This document shows, one piece after another, positions 1 to 11,189 of a stretch of DNA of 64,000 nucleotides. The notes under the pieces are model-generated. The model made no database searches and was not told where the DNA came from. It worked only from the letters and a program-made list of their open reading frames with translations. The stretch comes from an uncultured cyanobacterium (GTDB lineage: Bacteria; Cyanobacteriota; Cyanobacteriia; PCC-6307; Cyanobiaceae), in contig CAVXWZ010000005.1 in NCBI GenBank assembly GCA_963765575.1, positions 32,001-96,000 of the forward strand, written 5' to 3'. The translations under genes were made by a program, and so were the position numbers. Each line of letters begins with the position of its first letter. The first letter of the stretch is position 1.

Positions 1-377
1 TCCACGGGGCGACCGGTGGCCTCGGCGGTGATCAGAAAGCGGGTGAGCTGCAGCGGGTCGGGTTGCGGTTCCGCCAGGGCCACCACCACCACCACCCGTG
101 ACACATTGGCCACGGCCGGTCGCCGCAACAGCCCGGCGCGCGGCTCCACCCCCGCCACGGCGCCGCGGCCGGCGGCCCAGTCGATCCCGTCCAGGCGCAC
201 CTGATCCCCCACGCAGATCGTCTGGCCGGCCTTGGCCAGGCGGGTGCGACGGGTGCAGAGCAACCGGTTCGGCTCGCCCGGGCCCGAGCGCTCCAGCTCC
301 ACCCAGCAGTAGTTGGCCTGCAGGGCCACCACCAGGCCGCTGCGCCAAAGCGCAGCCGGCTTGCGATCAGGGGCCAT
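1..377 (-). CDS. rsgA: Ribosome small subunit-dependent GTPase A (N-terminal part, runs off window)
   Basis: Manual translation gives MAPDRK...GLVVALQANY...LLCTRRTRL...VGDQV...RPAVANVSRVVVVVALAEPQPDPLQLTRFLITAE, an RsgA OB-fold plus start of the GTPase domain. Not in the ORF track. Confidence 0.85.
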   Translation of the reverse strand, partial: MAPDRKPAALWRSGLVVALQANYCWVELERSGPGEPNRLLCTRRTRLAKAGQTICVGDQVRLDGIDWAAGRGAVAGVEPRAGLLRRPAVANVSRVVVVVALAEPQPDPLQLTRFLITAEATGRPV

Positions 378-630
378 GGCGTTGCACCAGCAGGCGCACG
401 CCCGGGAATGGCTCCTCGTGGGGCGGTAAGGGCTGCGGTGGCTGCACCCGCTCCACCCGGTGGCCGGCCTGGCGCAGACCCTCGGCCACCATCACCTCCG
501 GCTCACCGGCATCCAGATCCACCTGCAGCCAGGCGCCGGGGTCGAGGGCCTCCAGGGCCAGCCGGGAGCGGATGAAGTTGAGCGGACAGGGGGTGCCGCG
601 CAGATCGATGCAGGTGCTGGGACTGGCCAC
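367..630 (-). CDS. Sulfurtransferase TusA/SirA family protein
   Basis: IDLRGTPCPLNFIRSRLALE: CP motif of the TusA family; usual position downstream of dnaJ. Confidence 0.85.
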   Translation of the reverse strand: MASPSTCIDLRGTPCPLNFIRSRLALEALDPGAWLQVDLDAGEPEVMVAEGLRQAGHRVERVQPPQPLPPHEEPFPGVRLLVQRHGP

Positions 631-638
631 AGGGCGCC

Positions 639-1763
639 TCAGTCGCGGTGGCCGAACAGGCCGCCGAACAGGCCACTCTTGTGGGGATGCTTCTGCCCCT
701 TGCTGGTGTGATGGCCGGCCAGCTCCTCCAGCAGCCCGCGCTCGTGGTCGTTGATCCGGGTGGGCAACTGCACCTTGACGCTGAACTGGTGATGGCCCCG
801 GGCCACGGGGTTGCCGAGCCTGGGTACCCCCTTGCCCTGCAGGCTGAGCACCGCGCCGGGCTGGGTGCCGGCCGGGATCGTCAGGGGCTCGTGGCCGTCC
901 ACCGTCTCCACCTCGATCGTGTCGCCGAGAATCGCCTGCAGGTAGTTGAGGGTCACCTCGGACTGAATGGTGATGCCATCCCGGCGCAGCTGGGGATGGG
1001 GCTGCACGCTCAGGAAAACGTAGAGGTCGCCGGCGGGGCCGCCGCGCTGGCCGGCGTTGCCCTCGTTGGCCACGCGCAGGCGCGTGCCCGAATCGACGCC
1101 GGCGGGAATGTTGATGCGCAGTTTCTTGCGCACCTGCTGCAGGCCCTGGCCACCGCAGGCGGTGCAGGGATCGGCGATCACCTCGCCGCTGCCCTCACAG
1201 GTGGGGCAGGCGGCGACCTGGCTGAAGCTGCCGAAGGGTGTGCGGGTGGCCCGCCGCACCTGCCCGGCCCCGGCGCAGGTGGGGCAGCCGGTGGGACCGC
1301 TGCCGGCCTTGGCGCCGCTGCCGTTGCAGGTGCCGCAGGTTTCCAGGTGCCGGATCTGCACCTCCTTCTCGATCCCGAACACAGCCTCCTGAAAGCTGAT
1401 GGTGAGATCGAGGCGCAGGTCATCGCCCTGGCGCGGACCACGGCGGCGGGGGCCGCCCGCGGCGGCGCCACCGAAGCCGCTGAAGAAGGTCTCGAACAGG
1501 TCGGCGAAACCGCCCATGTCGCCCATGTCGGGGGCGCCGGCAGCGCCGCCCAGGCCCGCCTCTCCGAACTGGTCGTAGCGGGCGCGGGTCTGGGGATCAC
1601 TGAGCACCTCGTAGGCGCGGCCGATCTCCTTGAAACGCTCCTCAGCTCCCGGATCCCTGTTGATGTCGGGGTGGTACTGGCGAGCCAGGCGCCGATAGGC
1701 CCGCTTGAGGCTGTCGGCATCGGCATCCCGGCTGACCCCGAGCAGGTCGTAGTAATCGGCCAT
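639..1763 (-). CDS. dnaJ: Molecular chaperone DnaJ
   Basis: J-domain with HPD, G/F region and four CxxCxGxG zinc-finger repeats. Confidence 0.97.
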   Translation of the reverse strand: MADYYDLLGVSRDADADSLKRAYRRLARQYHPDINRDPGAEERFKEIGRAYEVLSDPQTRARYDQFGEAGLGGAAGAPDMGDMGGFADLFETFFSGFGGAAAGGPRRRGPRQGDDLRLDLTISFQEAVFGIEKEVQIRHLETCGTCNGSGAKAGSGPTGCPTCAGAGQVRRATRTPFGSFSQVAACPTCEGSGEVIADPCTACGGQGLQQVRKKLRINIPAGVDSGTRLRVANEGNAGQRGGPAGDLYVFLSVQPHPQLRRDGITIQSEVTLNYLQAILGDTIEVETVDGHEPLTIPAGTQPGAVLSLQGKGVPRLGNPVARGHHQFSVKVQLPTRINDHERGLLEELAGHHTSKGQKHPHKSGLFGGLFGHRD

Positions 1764-1766
1764 GGA

Positions 1767-2519
1767 TCAGCTGTCGGAGGTGGGGGCCCAGGCCTCGCCA
1801 GCGCTCGCTGACCCGGCAGCGGGCGTGGCGGCAGCGGAACCGGGAGCGGGTCCCGGTCCCATGGAGACCTTCACCAGGGCGTGGCGCAGCACGCGGCCCT
1901 GAAGTTGGTAGCCGCGCTGCAGTTCGGCAATCACCACGTCCTCGGGGTACTCGTGGCTCTCCTCGCGCAGCACCGCCTCGTGGAGATTGGGATCGAAGGG
2001 CTCGCCCTCCACCCGCATCGGCGCCACGCCCAGCTGCTTGAACACATCCACCAGCTGCTTGTAGAGGCCCTGGTAGCTGCGGTGGAGGCCCTGGGCCTCC
2101 TCCTCCTGGGGATTCAGCTGCTGGCGTGCCCGCTCAAAGTTGTCCACCACCGGCAGGATCTCGCCCAAGGTGCTGCAGGTGATCTGCAGGCGCAGGTCGT
2201 CCTGGTCGCGGCTCTGGCGCTTGCGGAAATTGTCGAAGTCCGCCGCCAGGCGCATGTACTGGCCGTTGAGGCTCTCGTGCTGAAGCTGCAGGGCCGCCAA
2301 CTGGGCCGCCAGATCCGGGCCCGCGTCGGCAGCAGCTGGGGAGGGGTCCTGGGCAGCAGCTACCTCCGGCCCCACCCCGGTGGCGTCCACCGCCGCGGGC
2401 TCGGGGACAGCGTTCTGGTCGGACAGCCGGTTCTCGGCCTCCCCAGCCACCTGCGCGAGTGGCTGCTGCAGATCAGCGCCGGCATTGGACTCGGGCCCGA
2501 CCGCAGATTCTCCACTCAT
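1767..2519 (-). CDS. grpE: Nucleotide exchange factor GrpE
   Basis: [46 protein letters not shown]. Confidence 0.95.
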   Translation of the reverse strand: MSGESAVGPESNAGADLQQPLAQVAGEAENRLSDQNAVPEPAAVDATGVGPEVAAAQDPSPAAADAGPDLAAQLAALQLQHESLNGQYMRLAADFDNFRKRQSRDQDDLRLQITCSTLGEILPVVDNFERARQQLNPQEEEAQGLHRSYQGLYKQLVDVFKQLGVAPMRVEGEPFDPNLHEAVLREESHEYPEDVVIAELQRGYQLQGRVLRHALVKVSMGPGPAPGSAAATPAAGSASAGEAWAPTSDS

Positions 2520-2605
2520 GGCTGACAGGCCCACAATTTGGTCTTAGACATGTTGGAACTTGATGGGCTGCTCCCACAAGCGGGGGAAGCCCGCACCTTT
2601 GGCCC

Positions 2606-4394
2606 ATGACGCTCAGCCCCGCCAGGCCCGTACCCGAAGCCGTCAGCGCCGCCCAACAACGTCTGGAGATCGAGCTGCTGCGTGGCGAGTCGGTGCTCAG
2701 CGCCGAGCAGCTGCAACCGGAACAGCTCCAGAACACCGTGCTGCCCCTGGAGCGCTGGTTGCAGCTCGGTGCCTGCCCGGCGGGTGAGCCCGAGGCGGGA
2801 CAGCTGCCGGTGGCGGTGCCCAGCCACTGGGACCAGGAGCAGCGCCAGCAGCTGGCGGGCGAGCTCAATCGCAAGGGCTACCTGCCCCGCTTCCGGCTCG
2901 CCCTCAGCCCGGACATCCAGGAGGCCCTGGGCCGCACCCTCGAGATCCCCGCAGCGGCCATCCCCCTGCACTCGCTCACCGACGAGCTGGGGCTGCGGGC
3001 TGACAACGGCGAGGAACTGCAGGAGATCTCCGATCTGGAGGATCTGGAGGCCAATCCGGCCAAGTCGAATGCCGATGCCAACGCCTCGCCGATCATCAAT
3101 CTGGTGAACAGGCTGCTGGTGGAGGCGCTCAACAGCGAGGCCAGCGATATCCATATCGAACCTCAGGAGCACTCCCTTGATGTGCGCTTCCGGCTGGACG
3201 GGGTGCTGCAGAAGCGTTTCGAGGATCTGCCCCGCAGCCTGACCCCGGCGGTCACCTCCCGGATCAAGATCATGGCCGACCTGGACATCGCCGAACGGCG
3301 CATGCCCCAGGACGGCCGCATCCGGCGCCGTTTCCGCGGTCGCCGCATGGACTTCCGGGTGAGCACCCTGCCCAGCCGCACCGGCGAGAAGGTGGTGCTA
3401 CGGCTGCTGGACAGCGGCGCCACCGAACTGGGCCTCGACACCCTGATCACCGACCCGGAGGCCCGGCAGACCCTGCGCGACCTCGGCTCCAAGCCCTACG
3501 GCATGGTGCTGGTGACCGGCCCCACGGGTTCCGGGAAATCCACCACCCTCTACGCCCTGCTGGCGGAACGCAACGACCCGGGCATCAACATCTCCACGGT
3601 GGAGGATCCGATCGAGTACACCCTGCCCGGCATCACCCAGACCCAGGTGAACCGGGACAAGGGACTGGACTTCGCCACGGCCCTGCGGGCCTTCATGCGC
3701 CAGGACCCGGACGTGCTGCTGGTGGGCGAGACGCGCGACCTGGAAACCGCCAAGACCGCCATGGAGGCAGCCCTCACTGGTCACCTGGTGATGACCACCC
3801 TGCACTGCAACGACGCACCCAGCGCCATTGCCCGACTCGATGAAATGGGCGTCGAGCCCTTTCTGGTGAGCGCTTCGTTGCTGGGGGTGATCTCCCAGCG
3901 CCTGGTGCGGCGGGCGTGCCCTGCCTGCCGAATTCCCTATCACCCCGAGCCAGAGGAACTCAGTCGCTTCGGCCTGATGGGCAGCCAGGAGTCGGAGGTC
4001 ACCTTTTACCGGGCCAATGCAACCCATGTCGGCATGGAGGGCTGCTGCCCGGTGTGCAACGGCACGGGCTACAAGGGCCGCATCGGCGTGTTCGAGATCC
4101 TGCGCATGAATGACGAGCTCTCGGCGGCGATCGCCAAACGCCAGAGCACCGACGTGCTGCGCCGCATGGCCCTGGAAACGGGCATGAAGACGCTGCTGGG
4201 CTACGGCCTGCAGCTGGTGCGCGAGGGTCACACGACCCTGGCGGAGGTGGAGCGGATTCTGCTCACCGATTCCAGCCTGGAGAGCGAGCGCCGCGCCCGC
4301 TCCCATGCATCAGCTCAGCTGCGGGACCTGCGGTGCAGGGCTGCGGGAGGAGTGGCTTGAATGTCCCTACTGCCTCACCAGCACCCCGCTCTGA
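2606..4394 (+). CDS. pilB: Type IV pilus assembly ATPase PilB (frameshift near 4302; Cys-rich C-terminus in another frame)
   Basis: ASDIHIEP, GPTGSGKST, LRAFMRQDPDV, AALTGHLV. The alternative frame after ~4302 reads QLSCGTCGAGLREEWLECPYCLTSTPL*. Confidence 0.9.
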
Positions 4395-4416
4395 ACGTCC
4401 CCGTGTCAGGTTCCCC

Positions 4417-5496
4417 ATGGCCGTGATGATTGAAGACCTGATGAGTCAGCTCGTTGCCGACGGCGGCAGCGACCTGCACATCAGCGCCGGTTTACCCCCC
4501 TACGGACGCTTCAACGGCCAGCTGCGGCCGATCCAGGACGACCGGCTCGACAGCGATGTCTGCAACAAGCTGATCTTCTCCCTGCTGAACAATTCCCAGC
4601 GCAAACAACTGGAGCAGAACTGGGAGCTGGACTGCTCCTACGGCCTGCGCGGCGTGGCCCGCTTCCGGGTGAACGTGTTCCGGCAGCGCGGCACCTACGC
4701 CGCCAGCCTGCGCGCCCTGGGCAACGACATCCCCAGCATGAAGGCCCTGGGTCTGCCTCCGATCGTGGAGGAGACCAGCCGCCTGCCCAAGGGCCTGGTG
4801 CTGGTGACGGGCCCCACCGGTTCAGGCAAGACCACCACCCTGGCGGCGATCCTGGACCACATCAACAAGACCCGCGCCGAGCACATCATCACGATCGAGG
4901 ACCCGATCGAGTTCACCTACCGGTCCGACAAGAGCGTCGTGCATCAGCGTCAGGTGCATGACGACACCCGCAGTTTCGCCAACGCCCTGCGGGCGTCACT
5001 CAGGGAAGACCCCGACGTGATCCTGGTGGGAGAACTGCGCGACCTGGAGACGATCCAGCTGGCGATCACCGCCGCCGAAACCGGTCACCTGGTGTTCGGC
5101 ACCCTGCACACCAGCTCCGCCGCCCAGACGGTGGACCGCATGGTTGATGTGTTCCCATCCGGCCAGCAGACCCAGATCCGGGTGCAGCTCAGCACCAGCC
5201 TGGCCGCGGTCTTCGCCCAGACCCTCTGCGTGCGCCACAACCCTGCGCCGGGAGAGCTGGGTCGGGTCATGGCCCAGGAGATCATGATCAACACACCCGC
5301 CGTCGCCAACCTGATCCGTGAGGGCAAGACGGCCCAGCTCTATTCCCAGATCCAGACGGGAGGTCAGATGGCGATGCAGACCCTGGAGAAGGCACTGGCC
5401 GACCTGGTGGTTGCCAACCAGGTGACCATGGATGAGGCCCTGTCCAAGACCACCAAGCGCGAGGAGCTCAAGCGTGTGATCAACCAGCTGAGCTGA
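4417..5496 (+). CDS. pilT: Type IV pilus retraction ATPase PilT
   Basis: GSDLHISAG, GPTGSGKTTT, LREDPDVILVGE, AETGHLVFGTLHT, NLIRE motif. Confidence 0.95.
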   Translation: MAVMIEDLMSQLVADGGSDLHISAGLPPYGRFNGQLRPIQDDRLDSDVCNKLIFSLLNNSQRKQLEQNWELDCSYGLRGVARFRVNVFRQRGTYAASLRALGNDIPSMKALGLPPIVEETSRLPKGLVLVTGPTGSGKTTTLAAILDHINKTRAEHIITIEDPIEFTYRSDKSVVHQRQVHDDTRSFANALRASLREDPDVILVGELRDLETIQLAITAAETGHLVFGTLHTSSAAQTVDRMVDVFPSGQQTQIRVQLSTSLAAVFAQTLCVRHNPAPGELGRVMAQEIMINTPAVANLIREGKTAQLYSQIQTGGQMAMQTLEKALADLVVANQVTMDEALSKTTKREELKRVINQLS

Positions 5497-5538
5497 TCCC
5501 CCACCGCCCCCCTGCGTCGATCACCGCACAGGCCTGCC

Positions 5539-6798
5539 ATGCCCACCTTTACCGCCAGCTACACGAACAGCCGAGGCAGAACGCAGGCCATCGAGGTCGA
5601 CGCCGGTGATGCCCTGCAAGCCAAACGCCGCCTGCGTCAGCGCGGCATCCGGGTCACCGACATCAAGGTCAAACGGCGAAGCTCGGCCAGCAGCCAGCGG
5701 GCCGAGCGGGAACTGCAGCAGAAACTGCGCTTCTCCGGTCTGAAGAGCGCTTTCGAATGGCGGCCGGGCATCAAACAGCGGGCCGTGTTCGCCAGCAAGA
5801 TGGGCGCGCTGGTGAGCACCGGTGTGCCGATCATCCGCAGCATCGATTTGATGGCATCGCAGCAGAAGCTGCCGTTGTTCAAGCGAGCTCTGGAATCGGT
5901 GAGCCTGGAACTGAACCAGGGGAACAGCCTCGGCGCGGCGATGCGGGCCTGGCCAACTGTCTTCGACCGGCTCACCATCGCCATGGTGGAAGCGGGTGAA
6001 GCCGGGGGTGTTCTTGATGAAGCCCTGCGCCGCCTGGGGCAGCTGCTGGAGCAGACCGCCAGGCTGCAGAACAAGATCAAGGGGGCGCTGGCTTATCCGA
6101 TCGCCGTTCTCGTGATCGCCATTGCGGTGTTTCTGGGGATGATGCTGTTCATCATTCCGATCTTCGCCGACCTCTATTCCCAGTTGGGCGGCGAGTTGCC
6201 TGCCTTCACACTGTTTTTCGTCAACATCAGCAATCTGCTGCGCTCCAGCGCCGCTCTGTTCGTGGCGGCCGGTATCGCGCTGGCGATCTTTCTCTTCGTG
6301 CGGTTCTACAAAACCCACTACGGGCGACGGCGCGTCGACGCCCTGATGCTGAAATTGCCGCTGTTCGGTGACCTGATCCAGAAAACAGCCACTGCCCGAT
6401 TCTGTCGCACGTTCAGTTCACTCACCCGGGCCGGCGTGCCGATCCTGCTGTCGCTGGATGTGGTGCGGGAGATCACCGGCAATTCCATCATCGCCGACAC
6501 CATTGCCAACAGCCGCGAGGAGGTGATGCAAGGCATCCCGCTGAGTGTGGCCCTGGGGCGCACCAAGGCCTTCCCCGAACTGGCCCTCAGCATGCTCTCG
6601 ATCGGGGAGGAAACCGGCGAGATGGATACCATGCTCTCCAAGGTGGCTGACTTCTATGAAGACGAGGTCGAAAATGCCACCAAGGCGCTGACGTCCCTTC
6701 TTGAGCCGCTGATGATCATCGTGGTGGGTGGAATCGTGGGCGTGATTCTGGTGGCCATGTACCTGCCGATGTTCAACATCTTCGATCAGATTCGCTGA
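5539..6798 (+). CDS. pilC: Type IV pilus inner-membrane platform protein PilC (GspF family)
   Basis: Two GspF domains ([17 protein letters not shown]), ends YLPMFNIF; third gene of pilBTC. Confidence 0.95.
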   Translation: MPTFTASYTNSRGRTQAIEVDAGDALQAKRRLRQRGIRVTDIKVKRRSSASSQRAERELQQKLRFSGLKSAFEWRPGIKQRAVFASKMGALVSTGVPIIRSIDLMASQQKLPLFKRALESVSLELNQGNSLGAAMRAWPTVFDRLTIAMVEAGEAGGVLDEALRRLGQLLEQTARLQNKIKGALAYPIAVLVIAIAVFLGMMLFIIPIFADLYSQLGGELPAFTLFFVNISNLLRSSAALFVAAGIALAIFLFVRFYKTHYGRRRVDALMLKLPLFGDLIQKTATARFCRTFSSLTRAGVPILLSLDVVREITGNSIIADTIANSREEVMQGIPLSVALGRTKAFPELALSMLSIGEETGEMDTMLSKVADFYEDEVENATKALTSLLEPLMIIVVGGIVGVILVAMYLPMFNIFDQIR

Positions 6799-8062
6799 GC
6801 TTGGCCTGGCCCTCGTCGAGGACCGGCCTCGGCGAGGCCATGTCCAGCAAGCCAGCCTGAGGTCCAGCAGTGCTGGAAGTTGAAGCCTCCGGTGACGCCA
6901 TCGACATCCAGCAGCTCCCCCACGAGCTGCAGACCGGGCTGGAGTCGGCTCTCCATCGTGGCCAGATTCACCTCTCCCAGGGGCACCCCACCAGCGGTGA
7001 CGAACTCCTCGCCGAAGGGCCCACGGCCGCTGACCGCATAGGACGGAATCCCGCAGCGCGGCGATCAACCGGCGCTGCTGGTCGCGCGGCGAGTTCGGCC
7101 CAGCGCCGGAGCGGCTCCACCCCCGCCCGGCCCAGCAGGTGCTGCCAGAGCCTCCGGCTGAGCTCCGGCCAGGGGCGGGCACTGGCGAGCTGGCGCCGGG
7201 CCTGGCTGACGCGGGCCTGCTGGAACAGCTGCTCGAGATCCCCCTGGGAGCGGCCACCGCTCCAGTCAACGCGCAGCCTGGCCCGGTAGCGGCAGGCCTG
7301 CAGCCGACGGGCGGCGAAGGCGGTGAGCCGCAGGATGGCCGGGCCGCTGAGGCCCCAGTGGGTGATCAGCACTGTCCCGCGCTGCCGCAGGGGGCCTCCG
7401 GCGGGCAACTCCAGAGTGAGGCCCACCGGATCCATCGCCACGCCGGCCAGGGCCAGCAGGGGGTCATCCGCCAGGGCCAGGCTGAACAGGGAGGGCACCG
7501 GCGGCACCTGGCCATGGCCGAGGGAGGCGGCCAGGCGACGGCCGCTGGGATGGCTGCCGGTGGCCAGCACCAGCCGCTGGGCCGTGACTGGGTGGGGCTG
7601 CCCGCGCAGCTGCAGGGCAAAGCCCCCCGGAGCGGGGGCCGCGGCCTGCAGGGCGACACCGGTGTGCAGCCGCACACCAGCGGCGGCGGCCGCGCGCCGC
7701 AGGGTGTTCACCACCGAACTGGAGCGGTTGGAGCGGGGAAACAGGCGACCGTCGGGCTCCTCCACCAGCTCCAGGCCATGGTCGTTGAACCAGGCCAGCG
7801 CATCCCCGGCGGCAAAGCGCGAAAATGGGCCCCGCAGCGCCCGGCTGCCCCGCGGGTAGTGACCCACCAGCTCGCCGGGATCCCAGCAGGCATGGGTGAC
7901 ATTGCAGCGGCCACCGCCGCTGATGCGCACCTTGGTGAGGGGCTCGGGGGTGGCCTCCAGCAGGTGCACACCGCGCACGCCGGCCTCGGCGGCGGTGATG
8001 GCCACCATGAACCCGGCCGGACCGCCGCCAGCCACCACCACGGGCCAGCGCTCAGAATCCAT
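6786..8062 (-). CDS. HI0933/BaiN family flavoprotein (frameshift near 7080)
   Basis: [32 protein letters not shown]. The C-terminus [16 protein letters not shown] lies in ORF 6786..6986. Confidence 0.85.
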
Positions 8063-8099
8063 CGCTGGGCAGCATGGGGGCACTGGGCAGCATGGCGGG

Positions 8100-9152
8100 A
8101 TGGAGCAGCACGTGAATCCGGGCCGGGCGGGCGCCAGCTATCGCTTCAGTGTGGCGCCGATGATGGACTGCACCGATCGGCACTTCCGCGTGCTGATGCG
8201 CCAGATCACCCGCCACAGCCTGCTCTACACCGAGATGGTGGTGGCCCGGGCCCTGCACCATGCCCGTCGCGCTGACGCGACGGCGGCCCCCGGCGGGCGG
8301 CTGGAGCGTTTGATCGGCTTCGATCCCTGTGAGAAGCCCCTGGCGTTGCAGCTGGGGGGCGACGAACCGGCCCTGCTGGCCGAGGCCGCCCGCCTGGCGG
8401 CCGACTGGGGCTACGACGAAATCAACCTCAACGTGGGCTGCCCGAGCGAGAAGGTGCAGCAGGGCCGCTTCGGGGCCTGCCTGATGGCCGCACCGACGCA
8501 GGTGGCGCGCTGCGTGGAGGCGATGGCAGCCGCCAGCCCCCTGCCCGTGACCGTCAAGCACCGCATCGGCATCGATGCCCGCGACTCCTATCCGGAACTG
8601 CTGGCCTTCGTGGACACCGTGGCGGCGGCGGGGGCGCGGCGCTTCAGCGTGCACGCGCGCAAGGCCTGGCTGCAGGGCCTGGATCCGAAGCAGAACCGCA
8701 CCATCCCACCGTTGCGTCCGGACTGGGTGCACCGGCTCAAGGCGGAGCGGCCCCAGCTCACCATCGAGATCAATGGCGGCTTGCAGAGTTTGGAGGACTG
8801 CCTGGGCCAGCTGGAGCACGTGGATGGGGCCATGGTGGGACGGGCCGCCTACGACCATCCCCTGCGCTGGACCGAGGTGGACCGGCGCATCCATGGCGAT
8901 CCAGCGGCGAAGCCGGCGACGGCCGCCGCGGTGCTGCGCGGCCTCATCCCCCACGCCGAGCGCTGGTGCGGCCGCGGCGAGCGACTCTGGCCGATTGGCC
9001 GCCATCTCGTGAAGCTGGTTCAAGGGGTGCCGGGAGCTCGCCCCTGGCGCCACCAGCTCAGCCAGGCCGCCGGCGAGCGCCAGGCCGGCCCGGAGGTGCT
9101 GGAGCAGGCCGCACTGGCCCTGGAGGCCGCTCAGCCCTCGGCGCCGGGATAA
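8100..9152 (+). CDS. dusA: tRNA-dihydrouridine synthase DusA
   Basis: FSVAPMMDCTDRHFR, INLNVGCPS, VTVKHRIG, VHARKAWLQGL. Confidence 0.93.
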   Translation: MEQHVNPGRAGASYRFSVAPMMDCTDRHFRVLMRQITRHSLLYTEMVVARALHHARRADATAAPGGRLERLIGFDPCEKPLALQLGGDEPALLAEAARLAADWGYDEINLNVGCPSEKVQQGRFGACLMAAPTQVARCVEAMAAASPLPVTVKHRIGIDARDSYPELLAFVDTVAAAGARRFSVHARKAWLQGLDPKQNRTIPPLRPDWVHRLKAERPQLTIEINGGLQSLEDCLGQLEHVDGAMVGRAAYDHPLRWTEVDRRIHGDPAAKPATAAAVLRGLIPHAERWCGRGERLWPIGRHLVKLVQGVPGARPWRHQLSQAAGERQAGPEVLEQAALALEAAQPSAPG

Positions 9153-9680
9153 CCGCCGTCACCATCCTGGAAGCCCCCCTCACCACCACCGCCGGCACCA
9201 CTGCGGCGGCGGCGGGTGCGCCCGGCCTCGAAGCCGCCCTCGGCGGCGCCACTGCCATAGCTGCGGTCTTCCCAGCCGCGGGCCCCTGAATCCCTGGGGC
9301 CGGAGGGGGCCTCCGGAGCAGCGCCAGAGCCGCCGCCATAGCCACCTCCAGAGCCACCTCCGTAGCCGCCACCGGCACCCTGGCCACCACCGCCGCCGTA
9401 GCCGCCAGCCGCCGCCACCGGTGCGGCGCGGGGCACTGCCGCGGGGCTCAGCCTTGTTGATGCGCAGCGGACGACCCATCAGCTCGGCACCCTGGAGGGC
9501 CTCGATGGCACGGCTCTCGCTGTCGGGATCGGCCATCTCCACGAAGGCGAAGCCACGCTTGCGGCCGGTGTCGCGCTCCAGGGGGAGGGAGCAGTTCACC
9601 ACCTCCCCGTAGGTGGAGAAGAGCTCCATTACATCCTCCTGCTCAGCGCGGAAGGGCAGATTGCCGACGAAGATGCTCAC
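9131..9680 (-). CDS. RRM RNA-binding protein with Gly-rich tail (frameshift near 9410)
   Basis: MSIFVGNL (RNP2) and RGFAFVEM (RNP1); the GGYGG tail and GARGWEDRSYG continue in ORF 9131..9436. Confidence 0.9.
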
Positions 9681-9743
9681 ATCAAGGGGGCAGGCGGGGG
9701 AAAAGAAACCCAGCCCTAGAACTGTGTCAGCCTAGAACCGCAT

Positions 9744-11156
9744 TCAAGCCTGGTTCAGCGGCTCGGGCCCGAGGCGTTGGCGCGCCCCCTCCAGCTGGGT
9801 TCGCACGCGCTCGAAGCCGGTGCCGCCCTCGCTGCGGCGAGCGGCCACCACCTGGCGCGGAGCAATGGCGGCGAAGATGTCGGCCTCAAAGGCAGGATGC
9901 AGCTGCTGCCAGCGCTCCAAGGCCAGCTCCCGCAGCAGCAGCCCCTCCTCCAGGCAGGTCTTCACCAGGCCGCCCACCAGCTGGTACGCCTCACGGAAAG
10001 GCACGCCCCGGACCACCAGGTAGTCGGCCACATCGGTGGCGTTGGAGAAGTCGGCCGCCACCGCCGCCTCCAGGCGCTGGGGCCGGAACGCCAGCCCCTC
10101 TTCGAACAGGATCGCCATCGCCTCCAGGCACTCGCGCACGGTGCGCACGCCGTCGAAGAGGGCCTCCTTGTCCTCCTGGAAGTCTTTGTTGTAGGCCAGG
10201 GGCAGGCCCTTGATCATGGTCAGCAGGCCCATCAGATGCCCGAACACCCGACCGCTCTTGCCGCGCACCAGCTCGGGCACGTCGGGGTTTTTCTTCTGGG
10301 GCATGAGGCTGCTGCCGGTGGCACAGCGGTCGCTGAGGGTCACGAATCCGAACTCCTCGCTGGCCCAGAGGATGACCTCCTCGGCCAGGCGGCTGAGGTG
10401 GGCCAGCACCAGGCTGGCCGCCGCCATGAACTCCACGGCGAAGTCACGGTCGCTGACAGCGTCGAGGCTGTTGGCGTAGATCGCCTCGAAGCCCAGTTCG
10501 GCCGCGGTCTGGCGCCGGTCGATCGGCACCGGTGTACCCGCGAGGGCGGCCGCCCCCAGGGGACAGATGTTCACCCGCCGGCGCACGTCGGCCAGCCGGG
10601 AGCGGTCGCGCTCCGCCATCTCCACGTAGGCCAGCAGGTGGTGGGCCAGGCAGAGGGGCTGGGCCCGCTGCAGATGGGTGTAGCCGGGGATCAGGGTGTC
10701 GGCATGGCGCTCGGCCTGGGCCAGCAGGGCCCGCTCGAAGCGCAGCAGATCCGTGTCAATGGCATCGAGCTGGCGCCGCAACCAGAGCCGCAGGTCGGTG
10801 CCCACCTGGTCGTTGCGGGAGCGGCCGGTGTGCAAGGTCTTGCCCAGCGGACCGAGCAGCTCGATCAGCCGCCGCTCCACGGCAAAATGCACATCCTCGG
10901 CCTCCAGACCGGGGTTGAAACGGCCTTCGGCCGCCTCGCGGCGCACCATCTCCAGCCCCTCGATCAGCCGGGCCGCGTCCGACTCACTGATCACCCCGCA
11001 GCGGCCGAGCATGCGGGCATGGGCCACCGACCCGTCCAGGTCCTCCTGCAGCAGGGCGATGTCGAAGCCGATCGAGGCGTTGAAACGCTCGATGGCGGGA
11101 TGGAGGCCCTGGTCGAAGCGCTGGCTCCAGGTGGACGCGGAGGAATCGACGGCCAT
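9744..11156 (-). CDS. argH: Argininosuccinate lyase
   Basis: [34 protein letters not shown]. Confidence 0.97.
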   Translation of the reverse strand: MAVDSSASTWSQRFDQGLHPAIERFNASIGFDIALLQEDLDGSVAHARMLGRCGVISESDAARLIEGLEMVRREAAEGRFNPGLEAEDVHFAVERRLIELLGPLGKTLHTGRSRNDQVGTDLRLWLRRQLDAIDTDLLRFERALLAQAERHADTLIPGYTHLQRAQPLCLAHHLLAYVEMAERDRSRLADVRRRVNICPLGAAALAGTPVPIDRRQTAAELGFEAIYANSLDAVSDRDFAVEFMAAASLVLAHLSRLAEEVILWASEEFGFVTLSDRCATGSSLMPQKKNPDVPELVRGKSGRVFGHLMGLLTMIKGLPLAYNKDFQEDKEALFDGVRTVRECLEAMAILFEEGLAFRPQRLEAAVAADFSNATDVADYLVVRGVPFREAYQLVGGLVKTCLEEGLLLRELALERWQQLHPAFEADIFAAIAPRQVVAARRSEGGTGFERVRTQLEGARQRLGPEPLNQA

Positions 11157-11189
11157 GGAGGGGCGCGCAGGGGCTGGGCGGGCTGGGGC

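Noticed and set aside
367..630. TusA-like gene as part of the sulfide system
   Set aside because: It sits in its usual core position between dnaJ and rsgA, 40 kb from the cluster.
9320..9420. GCC/TAGCC repeats
   Set aside because: Coding GGYGG repeats of the RNA-binding protein tail.
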